A stretch of 63,588 bases of DNA, the filler included, from Actinomycetota bacterium (GTDB taxonomy: Bacteria; Actinomycetota; CADDZG01; JAHWKV01; JAOPZY01): NCBI GenBank assembly GCA_025963875.1. It is 5 parts of 5 records of this genome, joined end to end, with 100 filler letters (N's around TTAATTAATTAA, not from the genome) between each part and the next. Parts side by side here need not be neighbours in the genome. Positions count along the whole stretch, not along the records: positions 1 to 16,217 come from JAOPZY010000202.1; positions 16,318 to 32,595 come from JAOPZY010000252.1; 3 more parts are not named here. The stretch is one strand, 5' to 3'. The notes below the pieces were generated by a model that was not told where the DNA came from, ran no database searches, and saw only the letters and a list, made by a program, of their open reading frames with translations. Both the position numbers and the translations under genes were made by a program. Positions 9,500-18,304 of the stretch are shown in pieces (the first letter of the stretch is position 1; each line of letters starts with the position of its first letter).

Positions 9500-11004
9500 A
9501 CCATCCGCCGGAACTGCAGCGCCTCGGCGATCTGAGCCTCCCCGACGACCTCAGCTCCGTCGAGGTCGGCGATGGTCCGGGCTACCCGCAGAAGCCGGTG
9601 GAAGGCCCGGGCCGATGCGTACTGGTCGGCAAGCGCGCTCCGGAGGAAAGCCCTGCTCCCCGCATCGAGGCAGCAGGCGTCCTCGATGTCGGTGCCGGCG
9701 ACCGCCCCGTTCAGGGACTCCGTCCGCCGAAGCTGCGCTCGCCGCGCCTCGAGCACGCGTGCCCGGACCACCCCGGACGGCTCCGAGGGCTCCATCTGGA
9801 GCAGCTCCTCTTCGCTGAGCGCGGCCACCTCCACCTGGAGGTCGATGCGGTCGAGCAACGGCCCGGACAGGCGGCCCCGGTAGGCCTCCAGCCGTCCGGC
9901 CGAGCACGTACACGTTTGGCCCCCCTGGCTCCGCCGGCCGCACAGGCACGGATTGGCCGCGGCGACGAGGGCGGTGCGAGCCGGGAACCGCACGGTTGCG
10001 CCCCGCCGAGCGATGGTGACGAAGCCGTCCTCCAGCGGCTGGCGGAGCCCGTCGAGCACCGCCCCACCGAACAGCGGGACTTCATCCAGGAACAGGACGC
10101 CGTGAGAGGCCACCGATACCTCTCCGGGCCTTGGCATGGGGCTCCCGCCGCCGATGACGGCCGCCGCGGAGGCGTGGTGGTGCGGCGCCCGGAACGGCCG
10201 GGCCGTGACCACGGACTCGCCCGCGGAGAGCAGCCCGGCCACGGACCAGACGTGGGTGACCTCCAGCGCCTCCTCAACCGAGAGGGGCGGCAGGATGCCC
10301 GGCAGGCGCCGGGCGAGCATGGTCTTGCCGGACCCGGGCGGCCCGACCATCAGGAGGTTGTGGCCCCCCGCCGCGGCGATCTCCAGCGCCCGGCGGGCGA
10401 GGGCCTGCCCCCGCACCTCGGAAAGGTCGGGCCCGCCCGCAGCCGCCCGAGCGAGCAGCTCCCCGATGAGCGGCGGGGTGGTGACCGCATCGACGGTGCC
10501 ATCGACGATGGCCAGGGCCTCGGTGAGGCTCGCTGCACCGGACACCTCGACGCCGGGCACGAGCGCCGCCTCGGGGGCGTTGGCCTTGGGCAGCACGAGG
10601 CGGCGGACGCCGAGCTCGCGTGCCGCAAGGGCGGCGGCGATCGCGCCGCGCACCGGCCGCAGCGTCCCGTCGAGTGCAAGCTCGCCCAGGAAGAGGAACG
10701 GGCGGAGGGCCTCCGGCTCCAACAGGCCCGAGGCGGCAAGCACGCCCATTGCCAGAGGAAGGTCGAGGAGCGACCCCTCCTTGCGGAGGTCGCCGGGGGC
10801 CAGGTTGGCCGTGATGCGCTGGTTCGGCCATGCCTTCTTGGAGTTGACGACGGCCGCCCGGACCCGCTGGCGGGATTCGCGCACCCCTGCGCTGGGGAGT
10901 CCGACGATCTGGAAGTCGGGCAGATGCTGGTCGAGCGCTACCTCAACCTCGACCGGTCGTGCCTCCATGCCGATGAGTGCAATGGAGGATACTTTTGCGA
11001 ACAT
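9487..11004 (-). CDS. comM: YifB/ComM Mg-chelatase-like AAA ATPase
   Basis: NLAPGDLRKEGS, GPPGSGKT Walker A, RPFRAPHH, LFLDE, SGPLLDRID. Confidence 0.95.
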   Translation of the reverse strand: MFAKVSSIALIGMEARPVEVEVALDQHLPDFQIVGLPSAGVRESRQRVRAAVVNSKKAWPNQRITANLAPGDLRKEGSLLDLPLAMGVLAASGLLEPEALRPFLFLGELALDGTLRPVRGAIAAALAARELGVRRLVLPKANAPEAALVPGVEVSGAASLTEALAIVDGTVDAVTTPPLIGELLARAAAGGPDLSEVRGQALARRALEIAAAGGHNLLMVGPPGSGKTMLARRLPGILPPLSVEEALEVTHVWSVAGLLSAGESVVTARPFRAPHHHASAAAVIGGGSPMPRPGEVSVASHGVLFLDEVPLFGGAVLDGLRQPLEDGFVTIARRGATVRFPARTALVAAANPCLCGRRSQGGQTCTCSAGRLEAYRGRLSGPLLDRIDLQVEVAALSEEELLQMEPSEPSGVVRARVLEARRAQLRRTESLNGAVAGTDIEDACCLDAGSRAFLRSALADQYASARAFHRLLRVARTIADLDGAEVVGEAQIAEALQFRRMVWQA

Positions 11005-11010
11005 GAGTCG

Positions 11011-11032
11011 AGAGTAGCGACGACCACCGACA
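11011..11032 (-). promoter_or_regulatory. RecA-NDp (PafBC-type) DNA-damage promoter of comM-dprA
   Basis: Minus strand TGTCGG-N10-TACTCT, 6 nt before the comM ATG (leaderless spacing). Confidence 0.7.
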
Positions 11033-11073
11033 AAAAGTGGCCTGTTTTCGACTCCAGGGAAACTGCTGCGAAA

Positions 11074-11928
11074 CTAGGGCGTGAACGCCGTCCAGCCGGT
11101 GACGCCGTCGTTGGAGCCGTAGACGACCCGCTCCCTGGTGACGGCGAAGAACTTGCCGTTCTCCGCCGACAGCCCGTGGTCGTCCTGGCGCATCCCGGTC
11201 TGGTGCCACTGGAGGCCACCGTTCTCCGACAGCAGCACCCCGCCCGGAGTGCCGAGGAGGATGCGCTGCGGGTTGGAGGGATCGACGAGGACCGCCTGGC
11301 TCGGGGTGCCGAGGATGCGCTGCCACGTGCTGCCGGCGTCGTCGGTCCGCCACAGGCCCCCGATGGCCCCGACGAGGACCGAGCCCGGCTTGTCGCCCAC
11401 CACCGCCATGGCGAGGACGTCCGGCACGGGGGGCCCCGCCAGCGGCGCCAACTGCCCGCCGCCGCCGGCGATCCGGGTGATCGTCCGCCCCGCCGCCACG
11501 TAGATGGTCCCGCCCGGTCCGGGGGCGATGACGGTGCCGGTCACCCCGGTCGCCACGGTCCCGAAGGTGCGGAGGTCCCTCGTCGACTTGAGGACGCCCC
11601 CGGCCAGGACATACGACGTCGTGCCGTCCGAGGCCACGGAGACCGGCTCCCGGGGAATGTTGGTGGCGGCCAGCCAGGTCCTGCCGTCGGGGCTCTTGAG
11701 GAGGCCGCCGGTGGTCCCGACGAGGAAGCCCTGCCGGATGGCTGCCAGGGACAGGATGGAGTCGCTCCCGGGAATCGACCCCTGGATGCGGCGGGTGGAC
11801 AGCAGCGCCAGGATGAGCGCCCCCAGGAACAGGACGCTCACACCGACCCCCACCCACTGGATGCCGCGGTGACGGCGCCGGGGCGGCGCCTCAGCCTTAT
11901 CCGGCGCCTTGAGGGGCACCTCGGGCAT
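11074..11928 (-). CDS. Membrane-anchored BNR/beta-propeller repeat protein
   Basis: One N-terminal TM; Asp-box-like repeats SPDGRTW, TDDAGSTW, SENGGLQW, SNDGVTGW; ATG overlaps the yraN stop. Confidence 0.75.
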   Translation of the reverse strand: MPEVPLKAPDKAEAPPRRRHRGIQWVGVGVSVLFLGALILALLSTRRIQGSIPGSDSILSLAAIRQGFLVGTTGGLLKSPDGRTWLAATNIPREPVSVASDGTTSYVLAGGVLKSTRDLRTFGTVATGVTGTVIAPGPGGTIYVAAGRTITRIAGGGGQLAPLAGPPVPDVLAMAVVGDKPGSVLVGAIGGLWRTDDAGSTWQRILGTPSQAVLVDPSNPQRILLGTPGGVLLSENGGLQWHQTGMRQDDHGLSAENGKFFAVTRERVVYGSNDGVTGWTAFTP

Positions 11929-12302
11929 CAGAACGCCGCCTCGATGCGGGTGACCTCGACCCCGTTCGGCCCGACCACCACCCCGACGACGTCGAAGCGG
12001 CACTCCGTGAACACCGGCTTCTCGAGGGCGAGGTAGGCCTCGGCCACCCGGCGCAGCTGGCGTTGCTTGCGCCAGTCCACACCCAGAGCCGGGTCGACGT
12101 ACACGGGGGCCCGGCGAGCCTTCACCTCGACGAAGACGAGGCAGCCGTCCCGCCGGGCGACGATGTCCAGTTCGCCGAGGCGCAGGCTCCAGTTGCGATG
12201 GAGCACCGTCCAGCCCTCCGCCACGAGCCGGGCGGCGGCGGCGTCCTCGCCAACTTTTTGCACGTCGCTTCGGGATTGAAGGTTCTTGCGCATTGGTTTC
12301 AT
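11928..12302 (-). CDS. yraN: YraN family endonuclease
   Basis: GEDAAA, RNW..RLGELDIVA, FVEVKAR, RFDVV, IEAAF. Confidence 0.93.
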   Translation of the reverse strand: MKPMRKNLQSRSDVQKVGEDAAAARLVAEGWTVLHRNWSLRLGELDIVARRDGCLVFVEVKARRAPVYVDPALGVDWRKQRQLRRVAEAYLALEKPVFTECRFDVVGVVVGPNGVEVTRIEAAF

Positions 12303-12319
12303 GAAGATAGGCTGTGGGC

Positions 12320-12622
12320 ATGACGTCCGCGGCGCCGGCCAAGCCCGATACCATCGACCGTCCCGATCAGGACGAGGTCGCGGAGCCGCAGCTGCCGTGG
12401 GTCGTCATCGTCTGGAACGACCCCATCAACCTCATGTCCTACGTCACCTACGTCTTCCAGAAGCTCTTCGGCTATTCCAGGGACAAGGCGACCAAGCTGA
12501 TGCTCGACGTACACCATCGCGGGCGGGCCGTGGTGTCGTCCGGCCCCCGGGAGAAGGCTGAGATGGACGTCTATCGCCTGCACGCGTACGGCCTCTGGGC
12601 AACCATGACCAAGGACGCCTGA
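12320..12622 (+). CDS. clpS: ATP-dependent Clp protease adaptor ClpS
   Basis: [20 protein letters not shown]...[13 protein letters not shown]...LHAYGLWAT. Confidence 0.95.
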   Translation: MTSAAPAKPDTIDRPDQDEVAEPQLPWVVIVWNDPINLMSYVTYVFQKLFGYSRDKATKLMLDVHHRGRAVVSSGPREKAEMDVYRLHAYGLWATMTKDA

Positions 12623-12627
12623 GCCAG

Positions 12628-13095
12628 TTGTTCCGGCGTCGCCGAGGTCAGGTGCGGGTGGCGCTCAGCGAGGAGGAGGGCGAGCTGCTCAAGGGCATCG
12701 TCCGGGAGTATCTCGAGCTCCTCGACGCCGAGCGTGAGCCGGGCGACCCTGTGATCGCGCGGCTCTTCCCCTCGGCGAGCATCGACGACCCCACCCTGGA
12801 GGCCGACTTCCGTGAGCTTGCGGGCGGCGACCTCCAGGACCACAAGCGACAGGCTGCCCTGCGGGTGCTCGAGTACCTGGATACGGGGGACCGCCGTCCC
12901 CTGACCGACGACGAGCAGGAGGCCTGGCTCGTGGCCCTGACAGACCTTCGCCTCGCCATGGGCGTGCGCCTGGGCGTCACCGACGAGACGTTCGATGCGT
13001 TCCCCAACCCGAACGACCCCGCCCAGTGGCCGCTGGCCGTGCTGCACTACCTGGGGTCCCTGCAGGAGAGCCTGGTCGCCGCGCTCGACGCTTAG
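12628..13095 (+). CDS. DUF2017 family protein
   Basis: DPVIARLFP, AWLVALTDLRLAMGVRLG, LQESLV; usual clpS partner. Confidence 0.8.
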   Translation: MFRRRRGQVRVALSEEEGELLKGIVREYLELLDAEREPGDPVIARLFPSASIDDPTLEADFRELAGGDLQDHKRQAALRVLEYLDTGDRRPLTDDEQEAWLVALTDLRLAMGVRLGVTDETFDAFPNPNDPAQWPLAVLHYLGSLQESLVAALDA

Positions 13096-13113
13096 GAACC
13101 ACCACCAAACAGA

Positions 13114-13282
13114 CCGGGCGGAGCGGATGTTCGTCGCCTTTCGCGCGCAGGCGCGCGCCGGGCTCCTAACCTCGGCGGCCCGTCCAACAGGCTCGGCCGG
13201 ACGCGGGGGACACCGCCGGGCGGAGCGGATGTTCGTCGCCTTTCGCGCGTATGCGCGCGCCGGGCTCCTAAGTTCGGCGGCC
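13114..13282. repeat. Two 67-bp direct repeats (13114-13180, 13216-13282) with an internal GC hairpin; REP-like
   Basis: CCGGGCGGAGCGGATGTTCGTCGCCTTTCGCGCG...GCGCGCGCCGGGCTCCTAA..TCGGCGGCC twice, 35-bp spacer, between convergent genes. Confidence 0.85.
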
Positions 13283-13311
13283 ACCCAAGGTTGCTCGCAG
13301 GTTATCGCCGC

Positions 13312-13635
13312 TTAGTCCGTCAGCCGGCCCAGCGGGTCGCCGCTGCGGTCGGGGTGCTTCAGCTCCTCGATGTTGACGTCACGGAACGTCCGGACCGCCA
13401 CCTTGGTCACGAAGCGGGTGGGGCGGTAGACATCCCAGACCCACGCGTCGGTCAGCGTCAGCTCGAACCAGGTGTCCCCGCCGTTCTCGTGCTGGTCGAG
13501 GTGGTAGCCGTTGCAGAGGTAGAAGCGACGGGCGGTCTCGACGACGTAGCGGAACATCGGCAGGACGTCCCGGTACTCCTTGTACAGGGCCAGCTCGAGG
13601 TCGGTCTCGAAGCGTTCCAGGTCTTCGGCGCTCAC
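13312..13635 (-). CDS. DUF2469 family protein
   Basis: MSAEDLE..E..LELALYKEYRDV, VETARRFYL, DAWVWDVYRP; conserved position after rnhB. Confidence 0.9.
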   Translation of the reverse strand: MSAEDLERFETDLELALYKEYRDVLPMFRYVVETARRFYLCNGYHLDQHENGGDTWFELTLTDAWVWDVYRPTRFVTKVAVRTFRDVNIEELKHPDRSGDPLGRLTD

Positions 13636-14369
13636 GGCGTCAGACTATCCGGACTTGACCCTTGCCCGAGCAGCCGGCCCGGTACGCCCTCGTCGACGAG
13701 CTTGCGGATGGGGGCGTAGAGCCGCCGGTGGATGGGCGACGGCCCGAAGGCCGACAGGCCCCAGAGGTGCCTGGGGGCCGGATACCCCTTGTTGGCCTCG
13801 AAGGCGTAGTTCGGGTACAGCTCGGCCAGCGACGACATGAGGGAGTCCCTCGCCACCTTCACCACGATGGAGGCCGCAGCGATCGACACCGACTCGCAGT
13901 CCCCTCTTACCACCATCCGGGCACGGTCGCCGATGAAGTTCCACTTGCCGTCGACGAGGAACACGTCGGGCGTCACCGGCAGCGCCGCCACCGCCCTCGC
14001 CCCGGCCCGGCGGATCGCCTCGGAGAGGCCGACCTCGTCGATCTCGTTCGGCCAGGCGAGGCCCACGCCGTGGCCCACGCAGCGGCCCCGAACCCGCTGG
14101 GCGAGCCATTCCCGCCGGGCGGGGTCGAGCAGCTTGGAGTCACGAAGCTTGTAGATCCGGTCGGCCGGGTCGAGCACGACGGCGCCGACGGCCACCGGGC
14201 CGGCCCAGGCTCCGACCCCCACCTCGTCGATGCCGCCCACGAGGGCGGCGCCGTCCGCCAGCAGCCCCCGCTCGAGGTGGAGACCCGGCACGGGCTGGGT
14301 GCGCGCGACGCGGCCCTTGCTGAGGTAGGTCCGGGTGCGGTAGGTCGCCTTGTACGCCACGTCCGGCAT
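13632..14369 (-). CDS. rnhB: Ribonuclease HII
   Basis: GIDEVGVGAWAGP, DSKLL, SIAAASIVVKVARD, NKGY. Confidence 0.93.
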   Translation of the reverse strand: MPDVAYKATYRTRTYLSKGRVARTQPVPGLHLERGLLADGAALVGGIDEVGVGAWAGPVAVGAVVLDPADRIYKLRDSKLLDPARREWLAQRVRGRCVGHGVGLAWPNEIDEVGLSEAIRRAGARAVAALPVTPDVFLVDGKWNFIGDRARMVVRGDCESVSIAAASIVVKVARDSLMSSLAELYPNYAFEANKGYPAPRHLWGLSAFGPSPIHRRLYAPIRKLVDEGVPGRLLGQGSSPDSLTP

Positions 14370-14401
14370 TATGAAACGTGCGGCACCGAGATGGTGGGCG
14401 T

Positions 14402-15130
14402 TTAGAAGAAGTGGAAGCGGTTCACCGGCCAGATGCGCAGGAAGGCCTGGCCGAGCACGCTGGATTTCGTGATGGTCCCGAACATCCGGGAGTCGTCGGA
14501 GTTCGAGCGGTTGTCGCCCATGACGAACAGGTGGTCCTTCGGCACCTTGGTCGGGCCGTAGTCCCCCATCCCCATCGTGGCGGGGTTGTGGTCTTTCAGG
14601 TACGGCTCATCCTTGCGCACGTTGTTGACGTAGAGGGCGTTGTCCTTGACCTGCACCGTGTCACCGCCCACCGCCACGACCCGCTTGATGAAGTCCCGCT
14701 GGCTCGACGGCAGGCCCAGGCCCTCCTTCAGGGAGTTGAGGAAACCCGAGATGCCGCCGGATGGTGCCGGCAGGCTCGTGGTGGCAGACGGCGGCGCCAC
14801 GAAGACCACGATGTCGCCCGGCCGGGGGTCCTTGAACCGGTAGATGAATTTCGAGACCAGGACCCGGTCGTTGACCAGCAGCGTGTTCTGCATCGACTCG
14901 GACGGGATGTAGAACGCCTGGACGACGAACGTTTTGATGATGATGGCGATCGCGAACGCGACCAGGACGAGGATCGGCAGCTCTCGCAGGAAGCCGAGGC
15001 CGCTCTCCTCCTTCGCCCGGGGGGTCTTCGGGGCCTCGAGGGCCTCGTCCTCGTCCGGGCGCGCCGATGGGCCCGAGGGTGGGCTGAACTGTGCGGTCCC
15101 CTTCGCGGAGTGCCGCCCGTGGAGCGACAC
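14402..15130 (-). CDS. lepB: Signal peptidase I
   Basis: IPSESM (Ser), FIKRV (Lys), GDNRSNSDDSR. Confidence 0.95.
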   Translation of the reverse strand: MSLHGRHSAKGTAQFSPPSGPSARPDEDEALEAPKTPRAKEESGLGFLRELPILVLVAFAIAIIIKTFVVQAFYIPSESMQNTLLVNDRVLVSKFIYRFKDPRPGDIVVFVAPPSATTSLPAPSGGISGFLNSLKEGLGLPSSQRDFIKRVVAVGGDTVQVKDNALYVNNVRKDEPYLKDHNPATMGMGDYGPTKVPKDHLFVMGDNRSNSDDSRMFGTITKSSVLGQAFLRIWPVNRFHFF

Positions 15131-15133
15131 CGG

Positions 15134-15481
15134 CTAGAAGCGCTTCTCTTTGACCTTGGCCGCCCGGCCGACCCGGGAGCGCAGGTAGTAGAGCTTGGCC
15201 CGCCGCACGTCGCCGTGGGTGACGATCTCGAGCTTGGCGATCATCGGGGAGTGGACGGGGAACGTCCGCTCGACGCCGACGTTGTTGAACGAGATCTTGC
15301 GGCAGGTGAAGGTCTCACGGATGGCGGAGCCCTGGCGGCGGATCACCATGCCCTGGAACACCTGGATCCGCTCCTTGCCACCTTCGACGACTCGGACGTG
15401 CACCTTCACGGTGTCACCAGGGCGGAAATCGGGGAGATCCTCCCGCAGCACCGGACGCAAAAGGGCGTCGGTCTTCTCCAT
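15134..15481 (-). CDS. rplS: 50S ribosomal protein L19
   Basis: [37 protein letters not shown]. Confidence 0.98.
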   Translation of the reverse strand: MEKTDALLRPVLREDLPDFRPGDTVKVHVRVVEGGKERIQVFQGMVIRRQGSAIRETFTCRKISFNNVGVERTFPVHSPMIAKLEIVTHGDVRRAKLYYLRSRVGRAAKVKEKRF

Positions 15482-15560
15482 TGCTCCTCCTTAAGGCGGC
15501 TCTTGCCCGGATTGGCGCCCAGCATTGGCGCTGTGCACTCGCTTGTAGGCGCCGGCAGTC

Positions 15561-16217
15561 CTACTCGCGGCCGGTAAAGGGCCGGGAATTCGATGATAAC
15601 AGAGCCCGCCACTCGGCCACGAGGTCGCGTTCGTCGTCGGACAATTCGCCTGCTCTGATCGCAGCATCGACAAGGTCTGGCCGCTGCTCGAACGTCCGGC
15701 GGAGGCTCTGCTGCCGCCGCCACCTGGCGATGCGCCCATGGTCGCCCGACAGCAGGACCTCGGGGACCTTGAGGCCGCCGATCTCGGCGGGCCGCGTGTA
15801 CTGGGGGTACTCCAGGAGTCCACCCGTGAACGACTCCTCGGCCAGGGAGTCGAGGTTGCCCAGGACCCCGGGCACGAGGCGGGCGACGGCTTCGATGACG
15901 ACGAGCGCCGCCACATCGCCGCCGGCGAGCACGAAGTCGCCGATCGAGACCGTTTCCGCCCCCACGAGCCCGGCGACCCGGTCGTCCATCCCCTCGTACC
16001 GAGCGCAGATCACCACCACCTGCTCCTCGGCGGCCAGCTCGGCGGCAAATGGCTGGTCGAAGCGCCGCCCCGCGGCCGAGAGCAGCACGACCCGGCCGGA
16101 GGGCCGGCGGACGGCCTCCACGGCCGCGACGACGGGGCCCGGGGTCATCACCATGCCCGCTCCGCCTCCGAAGGGGGTGTCGTCGACCTTGCGGTGCGGC
16201 CCCTGGCCCCAGGCCCG
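15561..16217 (-). CDS. trmD: tRNA (m1G37) methyltransferase TrmD; 5' end lost at the contig edge
   Basis: VDDTPFGGGAGM, RYEG.DDR, SIGDFVLAGG, LEYPQYTRP, LLSGDH. Confidence 0.95.
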   Translation of the reverse strand, partial: RAWGQGPHRKVDDTPFGGGAGMVMTPGPVVAAVEAVRRPSGRVVLLSAAGRRFDQPFAAELAAEEQVVVICARYEGMDDRVAGLVGAETVSIGDFVLAGGDVAALVVIEAVARLVPGVLGNLDSLAEESFTGGLLEYPQYTRPAEIGGLKVPEVLLSGDHGRIARWRRQQSLRRTFEQRPDLVDAAIRAGELSDDERDLVAEWRALLSSNSRPFTGRE

Positions 16218-16317
16218 NNNNNNNNNNNNNNNNNNNNNNNNNNNNNNNNNNNNNNNNNNNNTTAATTAATTAANNNNNNNNNNNNNNNNNNNNNNNNNNN
16301 NNNNNNNNNNNNNNNNN
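16218..16317. other. Artificial contig spacer
   Basis: N-run around TTAATTAATTAA (stops in six frames). Confidence 0.98.
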
Positions 16318-17449
16318 GCTCGTCGCGCATCAGGGCGAAGTTGTGCCCTGCCGAGTAGCTGTACAGGAGACCGTCGCCGTCCTCACCGGTCAGGTCCGTG
16401 AGCTCGGTGACCACGCCGGTGATGGGGCTGACGTGGTGTTCGAGGCGGCCGTAGGTGACCTCCGAATGGACGCTGCGGTGCCCTCCGTCGGATCGGCTCG
16501 CCTGGGGCCGGGACCGAAGGACCACCGGCTCCGGCGGCCGGCGGAACCCCGCGGCGTCCCCGCACCCCCCGCACTGGGGGCGCCGGGTGAGGACGTGGTG
16601 CCGGGTGACAAGGGTGCGGGTGTCCAGGGTGACGACCCTGCCTCCCAGCATCGACAGGTCGGCCGAGACAATGAACTTCGCCGCCTCGGATGCCGCGAGC
16701 TGCAGGGCCGCGTCGACGTAGGGAGCCAGGGCTGCCCGGGAGACGACGAGGGGCCGGGACACACCGGACCGGCGCTGGAGGAACCCCTCCATCTGGCGGT
16801 TGGACCTGAGGCGCTGGGCGAGGCACTCCCAGCAGCCGGTGACGCCCGGGGCGAAGATCGGCCCGAGCCACACCTGCCGCCCGACCGGCTTGACCGGCAT
16901 CCAGGGGCGCCCGGAGGCGAGCGCCAGGCGGTTCACCTCGCCCAGGCGATCGTCGAGGTAGTCGTCGACGAGCACGAGCTGCAACGTGGCGCCCTCCGCT
17001 CCGTTCCGGGCATCGTGGCCCGTCGTGGCGACCAGGGGCTCAAGCGCGCGGTTCATCGGGCCGGCGGGAACCGAGCCCAGCGAATGGACGGCGACTCGGC
17101 TCTCCTCGAGCCGAGTCGCCACCGTGCTTGCATCCATGTTGAGTCCGTGCCAGAAGGCGAGCGCCTCCGCCGCCATCGCATGGCCGCTCTCGAGCACGTA
17201 TCCCTGCTCCCGGAGCGTGGTGAGCCCGAAGAGCAGCTCGGGGAAGGGAACGCTCGGAGCGACTGTGCCGGCGAGCTCGGAGAGCGTGCGCGTCCCGTCG
17301 AGGTCGCTCGCAACGAGCGGGAGCGTCCGACCTGCGATGACGACGTAATCGGTTTCGTCGACCAGGACGACGTGGGTGTCGTCCACGACCTGTACGTGAT
17401 AGGAGGAGTTCCATTGCGGCTTGAGCAGCATCCCGTTACTCCGATCCAC
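16318..17449 (-). CDS. Fused TOMM cyclodehydratase (RRE + E1-like/ocin-ThiF + start of YcaO); 3' part lost at the contig edge
   Basis: LDGTRTLSELA (RRE-like), WLGPIFAPGVTGCWECL and RRPQCGGCG, then DGGHRS...HHVSPITGVV (YcaO start). Confidence 0.9.
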
Positions 17450-17506
17450 GTCCGTGCTCCGACGCAGCGTTTCGTGCTGGAGAGCTGCGGGCCAGCTCGG
17501 CCCGCG

Positions 17507-17857
17507 TCACGTGCAGGAGCAGCAGGGGCAGCAGCAGCAGCAGTACGAGGTGTCGGCGGCAGCCCCCTTGGCTGCGGCGGACGTCTGCAGTCCGAGCTGC
17601 GGCTGGGGAGGGATGTAGAGCACGTATTTTCCAGTATCGGCGCCCTTGTTCCAGGCGTCGACTGCGGCGTTGATGTCGCCGCTTCCGCCCATGGTCTGGT
17701 CGATCTGCACCGTCCCACCGGGCTTCACGGGAAGGCCGGCCTGGGCCAGCAACGTCGTCGGGTCCTTGAGCAGCTGGCTGAGGTAGTTCTTGTCCGTCCA
17801 GGCGTTCACCAGGACCTTCGAATAGTTGTGCGTAAACGTGGCGGTGTCTATAGGCAT
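17507..17857 (-). CDS. NHLP-type RiPP precursor peptide with poly-Cys core
   Basis: Leader VLVNAWTDKNYLSQLLKDP...YVLYIPPQP resembles nitrile-hydratase-like leaders; C-terminus DTSYCCCCCPCCSCT; AGGAG RBS; directly upstream of the cyclodehydratase. Confidence 0.85.
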   Translation of the reverse strand: MPIDTATFTHNYSKVLVNAWTDKNYLSQLLKDPTTLLAQAGLPVKPGGTVQIDQTMGGSGDINAAVDAWNKGADTGKYVLYIPPQPQLGLQTSAAAKGAAADTSYCCCCCPCCSCT

Positions 17858-18304
17858 GATTTCACGTCTCCTGATCTCGAGGGAGGGACGGGCAGTGTTC
17901 TTGCATGCCCCGTAAACTCCAAAGATTTCACGGCCGCCGCGGTCGCTACCTCATGCGGAGCCGGCAGCGTTTATTGCTGCCACGATTCACCTCCCTTCCG
18001 TACTTTGCGTGAGGTCCAATCGCGTGGAGGGTTTTGCCAGCCTCGTAATGAAACGGCGATTCGCATCTCCCGAACAGAGCATTCGGGCGTCTCTCGGAAG
18101 CCGCTCGGAGGTGAAACGCCTGCGGAAGCCCCCTCGCAGAGCACCCGCGCGTCCGGGGACGCGGCACCGAGCCGGGTCTGTCGGAGCTCAGCTCCTGGGC
18201 GTCGCGTTCGACGCGTCATCGCCGCCTGTTGGCGGCCGCGGCACCGAGTGCATGCCCGGGCGCGCCGGCCGGGAGCCGGCTGCTGTGGGCGTTCGGGAAG
18301 AGGC

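Noticed and set aside
9151..12036. 961-aa plus-strand ORF and other long antisense ORFs (225-2060, 16343-19171, 43880-45643, 48856-50718)
   Set aside because: Shadow frames of real high-GC genes on the opposite strand; no motifs
13114..13282. Possible mini-CRISPR array
   Set aside because: Only two units, 67 bp long, and no cas genes
16218..16317. TTAATTAATTAA palindromes in N-runs (four places)
   Set aside because: Artificial contig linkers; ORFs ending in ...LIN and adjacency across them are artefacts
17507..17560. Metallothionein or simple (GCA)n microsatellite
   Set aside because: The NHLP-like leader and adjacent YcaO enzyme explain the Cys run better
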